Shown in pieces: positions 41,370 to 49,446 of a DNA stretch of 64,000 nt. Location: IMG/VR virus record IMGVR_UViG_3300043122_000207, positions 130,605 through 194,604 of that record, one strand, 5' to 3'. The notes below the pieces were generated by a model that had not been told where the DNA came from, did not search any database, and saw only the letters and a list, made by a program, of their open reading frames with translations. Position 1 is the stretch's first letter. Every line of letters begins with the position of its first letter. The DNA comes from a virus. The position numbers were made by a program, and so were the translations under genes.

Positions 41370-42510
41370 CATAAAGAGAGGTTTCACTTTTGATGAATAT
41401 GAAAAAAGTATTAAAAATAGATATAATGCTTCTTTAATATTTAAGATAACTAATTATTGTCCACACAATTGTAGTTATTGTTATCATAAATATAAAAATG
41501 AAGAAGATCTTGATAAAGAAATGTCTTTGGATGTTTTTAAAGAAGCACTTTATAAACTAGGGGATAGTTTCGAAGTTATAAAATTACACTTACATGGTGG
41601 TGAGCCACTTACTGTACCATATGAAAAGTTAAAGTCTATGTTGGAGATAATAGAAGAATATAGACAAAAAAGAAATAGGGGTAAATTTATAATCACTATG
41701 GCCACTAATTTATTGCTTCTTGATGAGGAAAAATTGGAAATTCTTGAAGAACACGATGTTAAGATTTCTACCAGTTATGATGGGAAATACCATAATGAAA
41801 AAAGAGCGGTTAATCTTGAGAGAGTGAAAGAAAAAATTGATATGACCCAAGGTGTTGGGATGATAGGTGTTATGACAAAAGATTGGGTTGAGGATTTGGA
41901 TGAATCAATAGATTATGTTGAAAATAGCAAAAAAGGGAAACCCTTGGTTAATCCAGTTATGGCTTTTCCTGCAGATGATGAAGATGTTCTCGATCCAGGT
42001 GATTATTCAGATTTTGTCATTCGACGTTTTGAAAAACAAATGGAGACTGGATTGTTTAGTTGGGGGACATTAAGATATCTACAAGCGGTTCTGGGTCATT
42101 CTGGCGACTGTTTTGTTTCGGGTTGTCTTAACTCAATATTTACAGTAACACCATCAGGAAATATAAAGGGTTGTGATTCCCGTAATGAAGATTATTGGTA
42201 TTATTGTAATATATCTGATATAGAATGTGTTGAAGATATTTATGAGACTGAAAAGTATAAGAATATGCAGAGGATGTATTACAATAGATTAAAAAAATGT
42301 GAAAAAGAATGTGATGTTTTTGAGTATTGTGTTGGTGGCTGTCCTAATAATTATAGGCTTAGACCGGATGGTGAATTCAGCAAAGATTACATGTGTTATG
42401 ATTATAAACAGATGATATACTATTTTCGGGATTTTTATGAAAGCTTTGGTAGTAAAGAAGAGAATCTACCCGAAAGAATTAAGGATGTTTTGATGTTAAA
42501 AAATGATTGA
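41362..42510 (+). CDS. Radical SAM/SPASM enzyme 2
   Basis: CPHNCSYC, LHGGEP, SYDG; SPASM CFVSGC..GC..CEKECDVFEYCVGGC..MC. Confidence 0.93.
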   Translation: MSNIKRGFTFDEYEKSIKNRYNASLIFKITNYCPHNCSYCYHKYKNEEDLDKEMSLDVFKEALYKLGDSFEVIKLHLHGGEPLTVPYEKLKSMLEIIEEYRQKRNRGKFIITMATNLLLLDEEKLEILEEHDVKISTSYDGKYHNEKRAVNLERVKEKIDMTQGVGMIGVMTKDWVEDLDESIDYVENSKKGKPLVNPVMAFPADDEDVLDPGDYSDFVIRRFEKQMETGLFSWGTLRYLQAVLGHSGDCFVSGCLNSIFTVTPSGNIKGCDSRNEDYWYYCNISDIECVEDIYETEKYKNMQRMYYNRLKKCEKECDVFEYCVGGCPNNYRLRPDGEFSKDYMCYDYKQMIYYFRDFYESFGSKEENLPERIKDVLMLKND

Positions 42511-43517
42511 TAAAAAGGAGATGGTGGGAAATGTTTAGTGTACCGTTTAATCAAACCGAGGAGGAAATAGAATTATATAGGGATAATGAAGATATTATAA
42601 AAGAAATTTATGCACCTATATCACCCAATTTTTTACACACTGCCCGACATATTGGGTGGTCAGAAAAAAATGATTATTTACTAGAGGAGCTTTTAAAAAC
42701 TAGTTCTGAAACATCCATAGGATTGAATCTCTTGATGAATTCTATAAATGACGATAAAATATTTATGATGAATGATTTAAAAGATATGTTAAACCAAGTG
42801 TATGAATATCAAAAACTTGGTTTAAAAAAAGTTACAGTTGCAAACCCTATTCTGTATCGGGCTATAGTGGAGAATTTACCCGGTATCGATATCGGTTTAT
42901 CTGTTATTGCTAATGCTGACACCATAGAAAAAATAAAGCAATTTTATGATTTTGGTAATCTAGTAGAATATTGTGTTCCACCAAAATTAACAAGAAACAG
43001 GGATTTTATAGAAAAGATAAAATCACTATTTGATGGTGTTAAAATTAAAATGATGGTTAATTGTTTTTGTAATCCAAACTGTGTTGGTTTTATACACCAT
43101 CACATTGAGGCTTCTAGTGGAAAAAAAGAAAAGGATACAGGGTATTTTAATTATGTTTGTAGCCAACATACAATAAACCCTCTTAAAAAGAATATAATTT
43201 TCCCCAATGAAATAGAGCATTATTCAGAGTATGTGGATGTTTTCAAAATATCAGGAAGAGAGACACATACCGAAACTATGTCGGAAATTTTGGATCTATA
43301 TAGAAATCCTAAAAAATTAAAGGAATATAATTTTCTTAAAGTTTTAGATGGATATAAAGCAAAGGGTGCTTACCTTTATGACATAAGTCCAAAGAATGGT
43401 CCAAGCAGAAACTTAGATTTAATAGAAAACTGTGACTATATGTGTATAGAAAATAAATGTGACCATTGTGGGGAAATGTTAGCTAAAAATTTTGAATTTA
43501 TGGAGGGTGAATTATAA
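42507..43517 (+). CDS. U32-family (Fe-S) protein
   Basis: EIYAP, VTVANP, LSVIAN, MMVNCFCNPNC, YVC, FKISGRE, C-terminal CDYMC..CDHC. Confidence 0.75.
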   Translation: MIKRRWWEMFSVPFNQTEEEIELYRDNEDIIKEIYAPISPNFLHTARHIGWSEKNDYLLEELLKTSSETSIGLNLLMNSINDDKIFMMNDLKDMLNQVYEYQKLGLKKVTVANPILYRAIVENLPGIDIGLSVIANADTIEKIKQFYDFGNLVEYCVPPKLTRNRDFIEKIKSLFDGVKIKMMVNCFCNPNCVGFIHHHIEASSGKKEKDTGYFNYVCSQHTINPLKKNIIFPNEIEHYSEYVDVFKISGRETHTETMSEILDLYRNPKKLKEYNFLKVLDGYKAKGAYLYDISPKNGPSRNLDLIENCDYMCIENKCDHCGEMLAKNFEFMEGEL

Positions 43518-44488
43518 TGAATATTATGTTAAATAATTATTGCAATTTAAATTGTGAATATTGTTTTGTAGAGAAACAATCAGGTCCCAATGCCAGAAAT
43601 ATAACTATGGAGAATTTTGCAAAATATATCAAATTCTTAAAAAACAATGGTATTAGAGAGGCTAAGTTGTTAGGAGGTGAACCAACACTTCATCCAAAAT
43701 TTAAAGCTATAGTTAAATATTTAAATAGTGATGATTTTTTTGAGAAAATATTGATATTTACTAATGCTCTATCTCTCAATGAAGAAATGGTTGATGAAAT
43801 AATTTCACCTAAAGTTAGTTTTTTAGTGAACTATAATAAAGAGGAAGATATAGGGAAAGAAAATTTTAAAAAAACATCTGATAATATCGATTATTTGGTT
43901 GGTGAATATAATAAACACAATAGTGGACATAGAGTCACTCTCGGTATAAACATATCTGAACCTGATTTTGATTATAAATATATAGTGGATAAGAGTCAGG
44001 AGTTGGGGTTAGATAATATAAGGTATAGTTTAACTGTGCCAACTAAAATAAATGAGGATTATGTGTCAATAAAAGAATATGAGAAATTTATACCTGGTAT
44101 CTTAGAATTTTTTAAATATGCTAATAGAAGGAATATTAGATTGAGTATCGACTGCAACAATATTCCAAAGTGTTTATTTGAAAAAGAAGAATTGTTGGAA
44201 GTGATTTTGGGTAATAACGATATGTGTGAAAGAAAATATTGCACAATGCCTCTTGATATAGATATGGATCTAAATGTCACTAGATGTTTTCCTTTTAAAA
44301 ACAGATTTGAAGTGAATTTAGAGGATTTTAATGATATGGGTGAGTTAGTAGATTATTTTGGGTCTAGAATAGACAAGTATAGGTTCAATGAACCCACATT
44401 TAAAGAATGTGTTGATTGTGAACTTTTTAAAGAAAGACTATGTCAAGGTGGATGTTTGATTTATAAATTTGGTAACAACAAACTCTAA
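43517..44488 (+). CDS. Radical SAM enzyme 3 with SPASM-like C-terminus
   Basis: CNLNCEYC, LLGGEPTLHP, FTN; C..C..RCFP..ECVDC..LCQGGC. Confidence 0.9.
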   Translation: MNIMLNNYCNLNCEYCFVEKQSGPNARNITMENFAKYIKFLKNNGIREAKLLGGEPTLHPKFKAIVKYLNSDDFFEKILIFTNALSLNEEMVDEIISPKVSFLVNYNKEEDIGKENFKKTSDNIDYLVGEYNKHNSGHRVTLGINISEPDFDYKYIVDKSQELGLDNIRYSLTVPTKINEDYVSIKEYEKFIPGILEFFKYANRRNIRLSIDCNNIPKCLFEKEELLEVILGNNDMCERKYCTMPLDIDMDLNVTRCFPFKNRFEVNLEDFNDMGELVDYFGSRIDKYRFNEPTFKECVDCELFKERLCQGGCLIYKFGNNKL

Positions 44489-44500
44489 GGGGGTTTCAAA

Positions 44501-44785
44501 ATGGAAATTAAAATTAATGGAACAGATGTAGTTAGTGATATTGAATATTGGGAAATAAGTAAAGCTAGTGAGGGAAATTTATCTACAATGATTTTGAAGG
44601 CTGAATTTTCTTCTAATTTGTTTGATTTGGTGGATACAGATACAACAGAGAATATTCTTTTTGTAGAGGATGATGAAAATAAATCGGTTAAGTTTGATAT
44701 TGACAATATTAAATTTATCGGACTAAAATCTAAAGAAGGTTCAATGCAGCAACAATTTGTAGCACATGGTGTTTTAGAGAAATAA
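44501..44785 (+). CDS. Small beta-rich hypothetical protein
   Basis: 94 aa, AAGGGG RBS, directly upstream of the W-repeat gene. Confidence 0.55.
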   Translation: MEIKINGTDVVSDIEYWEISKASEGNLSTMILKAEFSSNLFDLVDTDTTENILFVEDDENKSVKFDIDNIKFIGLKSKEGSMQQQFVAHGVLEK

Positions 44786-44803
44786 TTATTGGAGGTGGGT
44801 CTT

Positions 44804-45490
44804 GTGCCGTATAAAACTTGGTCTAACAGAACCATTTGGGGTAGATCTAATTTGGTTGGATTGATAGTTAAAAAAGATGACTTACAGGAAATAGAAGACG
44901 CGATAAAAAACCATAGAGATTTTTTAGATAACTACCCTCACAATTTCAATCAACCTAATACAAATTACCCAGTTACAAAAGAAGGTAAAATTGTATACGA
45001 TACTATAGATGACATAAAAGCCGGTATAAACTCCTTCTATTACGGAAATAACCCAAACAGTGGACTCGTTTCTGATGATAAAACAGGGGACCACATCACA
45101 GCTGAAGATATATCCTCTTTAAGGGATAGAGTCAACCATATAGAGACTAACTGTGTTGCGTGTGATACCTGTCAATTTTCTACTTGGACAGCCCGATGGT
45201 CAACTCGATGGACAACCCGATGGGACAATAATTGGGGTGCTAGTTGGACAACTAAATGGACAACCCGATGGGACAATAATTGGGGTGCTAACTGGACAAC
45301 CCGATGGGATAATAATTGGACCAATAGTTGGGGTAACAGTTGGGGTGGCAGTTGGGGTTCTAGTTGGAATAACAACTGGGGTGCCAATTGGGGTACACAC
45401 TGGAATAGTCGTTGGGGTTCTAGTTGGGGTGGAAGATGGGGTAGCCGATGGGGTAGTAGTTGGTCTAGTAAATCCTCTTACTTCTCTTAA
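44804..45490 (+). CDS. W-x-x-x repeat protein, putative radical SAM substrate
   Basis: GTG at 44804 after GGAGGTG; roughly 120-aa N-terminal domain, CVACDTC, then 24 consecutive WXXX units. Confidence 0.8.
   Translation: MPYKTWSNRTIWGRSNLVGLIVKKDDLQEIEDAIKNHRDFLDNYPHNFNQPNTNYPVTKEGKIVYDTIDDIKAGINSFYYGNNPNSGLVSDDKTGDHITAEDISSLRDRVNHIETNCVACDTCQFSTWTARWSTRWTTRWDNNWGASWTTKWTTRWDNNWGANWTTRWDNNWTNSWGNSWGGSWGSSWNNNWGANWGTHWNSRWGSSWGGRWGSRWGSSWSSKSSYFS
45185..45472 (+). repeat. 24 x 12-bp coding repeat (TGG-N9), including a 34-bp exact duplication at 45209-45242 and 45257-45290
   Basis: Read directly from the sequence. Confidence 0.95.
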
Positions 45491-45523
45491 TACCCAAAAA
45501 CAAATAATGGGGGTCGAAAATAC

Positions 45524-45883
45524 ATGAATAAGAACGATACAATATATGGATTCAAAAGACCCCCCATTTTAATAGATGGGGTGTCTATTTCTGATTATTC
45601 GAAAACCAAATATGATATTTTAAATGAAGAATTTCATATTTTTTTTTATGGACTTGACGGTACCAGTAGATTGAAAGTTTTAGAGAGGATAAATTTTTTT
45701 AATGGTATCATGGATAAAGATAATGTTGGTTTCTGTTTTAAAAATAGTGATGGGGAATCAATTGGGTATTTAAAAAACCCTAAATTACTAAGATACGGTA
45801 TATCTGGTGAGACAGTGGATAGACAAAAATTGGAAGTTGTTTTTGGTGGTAAATTAATTTACAAACTTGGGGGTGACATTTAA
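45524..45883 (+). CDS. Small beta-rich hypothetical protein
   Basis: 119 aa, directly downstream of the W-repeat gene; TAATG coupling to the next gene. Confidence 0.55.
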   Translation: MNKNDTIYGFKRPPILIDGVSISDYSKTKYDILNEEFHIFFYGLDGTSRLKVLERINFFNGIMDKDNVGFCFKNSDGESIGYLKNPKLLRYGISGETVDRQKLEVVFGGKLIYKLGGDI

Positions 45884-47022
45884 TGAAAATATGTATGATA
45901 AGTGATCCCATGGCTTCTTACCCGGAAAAGTCATACCATAGTAGTTCTATTCAATTAAACCATATGGTTGATGGTCTTTTGGAATTGGGACACGATATAG
46001 ATCTGGTTATTGGGTCTGGTGAGAATATTGATAATATAGAGGGTTTAAAGATATTTGATTATCCTAACAGATATGTCGATTTAGGGGATAAGTTAAATGA
46101 TCATAGACACCAGGCAACTAACGACTTCTTTCACAATAGGGTTATTGGTGTTCTAAGGGATAATATGGGAGAGTACGATATTATACATGTACATGATACC
46201 AATTTGTTTAATAAACTGAAATTGATTGATGATTTGAATACACCTATATTGTACACTCTACATGTTAGTATTGATTACGATGATTCTAATGAAACATATA
46301 TGTCTGCACCTTATTTGCAAGATACTGTAGACAAAACAGAAGGCAATTATTTTACTGCAATGAGTAATTTCGTTAAAGATAACTCAGTTAAGAATGCCGA
46401 TAAAATATATGTTGTTTATAATGGTATAGATTTAGATATGTTCAGTTTTGAAGAAAACAAAGAGGATTTTTTTATATTTGTGGGAAGGGTATCCGATAAG
46501 AAAGGTTTTTCCTATATATTGGATGCGTTGGATCATTATGATTTCAATATTAAGATTGCTGGACCTTTAATGTATAATAATGATAGTGACAATGATACAC
46601 TTAATGTTGATGGTAGATTGAGAAATTACAATATAGAGGAGTATTTTAACAGAAGTAATGTTGAATACCTCGGTATATTAGACCACGATCGGGTTTCAGA
46701 ATATTTGTCTAAGGCTAAAGGTTTGATTCATCTTCATGAGTGGGGTGAAGGTTTTTCTATGGCTATAGCTGAATCTTTATCGTGTGGTACACCGGTTTTA
46801 TCTACTGATCGTGGTGGACCTGGTCACTATCTTTTAGATGGATATGATTCCATAGTTTTAGAGGGTGAGACATTCAAAGACCCTATAAAGGTGGTTTCTT
46901 CTCTTAAAGATTTGGAAAATATAAAACCAGAAAATTGTAGGATTTCAGCAGAAAGATTTGATAAAAATAAATTGGGAAATCAATATGAGGAAGTTTATCG
47001 AGATATTCTAGAAAATATGTAA
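45883..47022 (+). CDS. GT-B (GT4-like) glycosyltransferase
   Basis: MKICMIS, DIIHVH, VVYNGID, FVGRV..KKG, EGFSMAIAESLSCGTPV. Confidence 0.9.
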   Translation: MKICMISDPMASYPEKSYHSSSIQLNHMVDGLLELGHDIDLVIGSGENIDNIEGLKIFDYPNRYVDLGDKLNDHRHQATNDFFHNRVIGVLRDNMGEYDIIHVHDTNLFNKLKLIDDLNTPILYTLHVSIDYDDSNETYMSAPYLQDTVDKTEGNYFTAMSNFVKDNSVKNADKIYVVYNGIDLDMFSFEENKEDFFIFVGRVSDKKGFSYILDALDHYDFNIKIAGPLMYNNDSDNDTLNVDGRLRNYNIEEYFNRSNVEYLGILDHDRVSEYLSKAKGLIHLHEWGEGFSMAIAESLSCGTPVLSTDRGGPGHYLLDGYDSIVLEGETFKDPIKVVSSLKDLENIKPENCRISAERFDKNKLGNQYEEVYRDILENM

Positions 47023-47035
47023 GGGGATGGATAAT

Positions 47036-47686
47036 ATGGAAAAAGATATTGGTATTTTTATGCCTGGTAGACTGAAAAGTGAAAGGTTACCTAATAAACT
47101 ATTATTGGATATCGATGGTACCAATTTATGGGAGATAGCATGTAAAAAATTATCCAAATTACCAGATAAATATGGTAAATATGTTTTAGTTTATGACGAC
47201 AAATTAATCGATATTGCAAATGAATATGGGTTGAATGTTATAAAAAGAGATATTGGTACTACTGAGGCTGATGGTCCATTGACATATATTTATGGTGGGG
47301 TTTCAGAGATAGATAAAACCCATATTATGTTTCTTAACCCCTGTCTTTTATTTTTGACAGTCGAAACTATTGAAAATTCTATTGAGGAATTTTTAAATTC
47401 TGATGCAGACTATGCAACAAGTGTCAAAAAATTGGAGAATTGGATTTTTGATTCTGAGGGTGATAATTTAAATAAAATCAAATATAAATTTTTATCAACT
47501 AAAGATATCGACCCCCTTTATCAAGCCGCACATGCTTTCCATATTTTTAATAAAGAAAATTTTTTTAAAGATGGTTATATGTTAAAAAAGGGACATCAAT
47601 TGATTGAGATACCTGAAGATGAAACTATTGATGTTGATACAAGGGATGATTTTTTATATGCTAAATGGAGGTGGAGTCTTACTTGA
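47036..47686 (+). CDS. neuA: CMP-nonulosonate synthetase (NeuA-like cytidylyltransferase)
   Basis: PGRLKSERLPNKLL, DVDTRDDF. Confidence 0.8.
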   Translation: MEKDIGIFMPGRLKSERLPNKLLLDIDGTNLWEIACKKLSKLPDKYGKYVLVYDDKLIDIANEYGLNVIKRDIGTTEADGPLTYIYGGVSEIDKTHIMFLNPCLLFLTVETIENSIEEFLNSDADYATSVKKLENWIFDSEGDNLNKIKYKFLSTKDIDPLYQAAHAFHIFNKENFFKDGYMLKKGHQLIEIPEDETIDVDTRDDFLYAKWRWSLT

Positions 47687-47964
47687 AATATGTTATAGAT
47701 ATTGATGGTACTATATGTACACAAGAGGATGACTATGAAGATGCCAAACCTTTAAAAGAAAATATAGAACGATTTAATAAATTGTACGACGAAGGTCATA
47801 CAGTCTGGTATTTTACAGCTAGAGGTACAGAAACTGGTATAGATTGGACCGAAACCACTAAAACACAATTTGAAAAATGGGGTGTTAAATACCATGAACT
47901 TCTATTTGGTAAACCCAGTGCTGATGTATATATAGATGATAGGTGTGAGAATATAAATAAATAA
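47683..47964 (+). CDS. Short HAD phosphatase (EcbF/BcbF-like)
   Basis: IDIDGT, FTARG, GKP.ADVYIDD. Confidence 0.8.
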   Translation: MKYVIDIDGTICTQEDDYEDAKPLKENIERFNKLYDEGHTVWYFTARGTETGIDWTETTKTQFEKWGVKYHELLFGKPSADVYIDDRCENINK

Positions 47965-47986
47965 ATGGATGGGATGGGTGGTTATT

Positions 47987-48805
47987 GTGATGTTTATTGG
48001 GGAGATTGGAATAAACCATAACGGTGATCTTAGAGGTTGTAAGAGACTAATAGCATCCTGTAAGGCTTCTGGTGTGGATATTGTTAAGTTTCAGAAAAGA
48101 AATCCTGATGTATGTGTCCCAGATAATAAGAAAGATATATTAAGAGAAACCCCTTGGGGGACTATGAGATATATTGATTATAAGAAAAAGATTGAATTCG
48201 GTAAGGAAGAGTTTGACGAGATAGATAAATTTTGTAACCAAATAGGAATTGAGTGGACTTCGAGTGTCTGGGATATAGATAGTTTAGAATTCATTTTAAA
48301 TTATGATGTTCCGTTTATCAAAATACCAAGTGCTATGGTCACAAATAAAAAACTATTGAGAAAGATTAAATCTTCAGATATTCCAGTTATTATGTCAACA
48401 GGAATGAGCACAAAAAAAGAAATAAAAGATGCAGTTGATATACTGTCTGGTTGTGATTTATCAATTCTACATTGTAATAGTAGTTACCCATGTGCTGATG
48501 AGGAAATAAATTTAAAAACAATACAGACACTTAAAAAGGAATTTCCAAATCATACTATTGGTTACTCTGGACACGAGAGTGGTATATTACCCAGTGTTTA
48601 TGCTAGAGCAGCTGGTGCTGATATAATAGAAAGACATGTTACTTTGGATAGAAATATGTGGGGAACAGATCAATCCTCTAGTCTTGAACCTATTCAACTA
48701 AAAAAATTGATTAATAGGTTATGGGAGCTTGATAGGATAATGGGTGACGGTAAGATTAAAGTCTATGATTCTGAAAAAGAGATTAAAGCTAAACTTAGAA
48801 AATAA
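47987..48805 (+). CDS. neuB: N-acetylneuraminate/nonulosonate synthase (NeuB-like), no C-terminal SAF domain
   Basis: EIGINHNGD, KFQKR, KIPS, MSTGM, LHCNSSYP, GYSGHE, IERHVT, DQSSSLEP. Confidence 0.92.
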   Translation: MMFIGEIGINHNGDLRGCKRLIASCKASGVDIVKFQKRNPDVCVPDNKKDILRETPWGTMRYIDYKKKIEFGKEEFDEIDKFCNQIGIEWTSSVWDIDSLEFILNYDVPFIKIPSAMVTNKKLLRKIKSSDIPVIMSTGMSTKKEIKDAVDILSGCDLSILHCNSSYPCADEEINLKTIQTLKKEFPNHTIGYSGHESGILPSVYARAAGADIIERHVTLDRNMWGTDQSSSLEPIQLKKLINRLWELDRIMGDGKIKVYDSEKEIKAKLRK

Positions 48806-48809
48806 TTGT

Positions 48810-48840
48810 ATACCAGGGTTTATTCCCTGGTATTTTTTTT
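48810..48840 (+). terminator. Terminator closing the fibre/radical SAM/NeuB operon
   Basis: ATACCAGGG/CCCTGGTAT stem plus T run. Confidence 0.85.
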
Positions 48841-48940
48841 ATTTTTTGGTAACACCATTATAGAGGTTTTAGGTGTTTAAAATTATATATTATATACTTG
48901 GAATTGAAAAAAAAAAATATAGAAAAAAGGAGATGTTAAA

Positions 48941-49393
48941 ATGAAAATTTATGTGGGTAAATTTAATGAAAATGTTGATGTTGAAATGGGTTTTTTTAAT
49001 GAGAAAACGGCAGCAGAATTAACTGCTAGTTATAAGGAGGTTGATTTAGATTTATCTGATTTTAAGAAAAACAATCTAAAAGATTTTAAAAAAGAATACA
49101 GTGATTGGATGGAACACGAATTTAAACACAAAAGAGAGGAACTGGATGAGGATAAAAAAATAGTACAAACATGGTCTAATCCTGAGGAGAGAAAAGCTCA
49201 CGAAGATAAATACCCAAGTCTTAGTAAATGGGGTGTTGATGATATAGAATTAAATTCTGAGCATCTAGAGTACGTTTATATTGATCACAGTAACCATGAT
49301 GATACAGTTGTAAAAAAACACATTGAGATAAAGGACGAGATGTCTATAGATGAGCTTGTTGATGTTAGACATTTTGTGGACGATAATTTTTAA
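48941..49393 (+). CDS. Hypothetical acidic early protein
   Basis: Early motif at 48882; AAGGAG RBS. Confidence 0.55.
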   Translation: MKIYVGKFNENVDVEMGFFNEKTAAELTASYKEVDLDLSDFKKNNLKDFKKEYSDWMEHEFKHKREELDEDKKIVQTWSNPEERKAHEDKYPSLSKWGVDDIELNSEHLEYVYIDHSNHDDTVVKKHIEIKDEMSIDELVDVRHFVDDNF

Positions 49394-49446
49394 AAAATAT
49401 TTTGATTAACAATATTTATGAAACCAAATAAAAAGGAGATGTTAAA

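Noticed and set aside
45185-45472. CRISPR array or DGR template
   Set aside because: Short in-frame coding repeats without spacers; no cas or reverse transcriptase genes in the window.
45153-45527. Alternative-frame and antisense ORFs with PQLL, GQPD and GVLV repeats
   Set aside because: By-products of the 12-bp periodicity; only the W-repeat frame has a strong RBS and fits the operon spacing.
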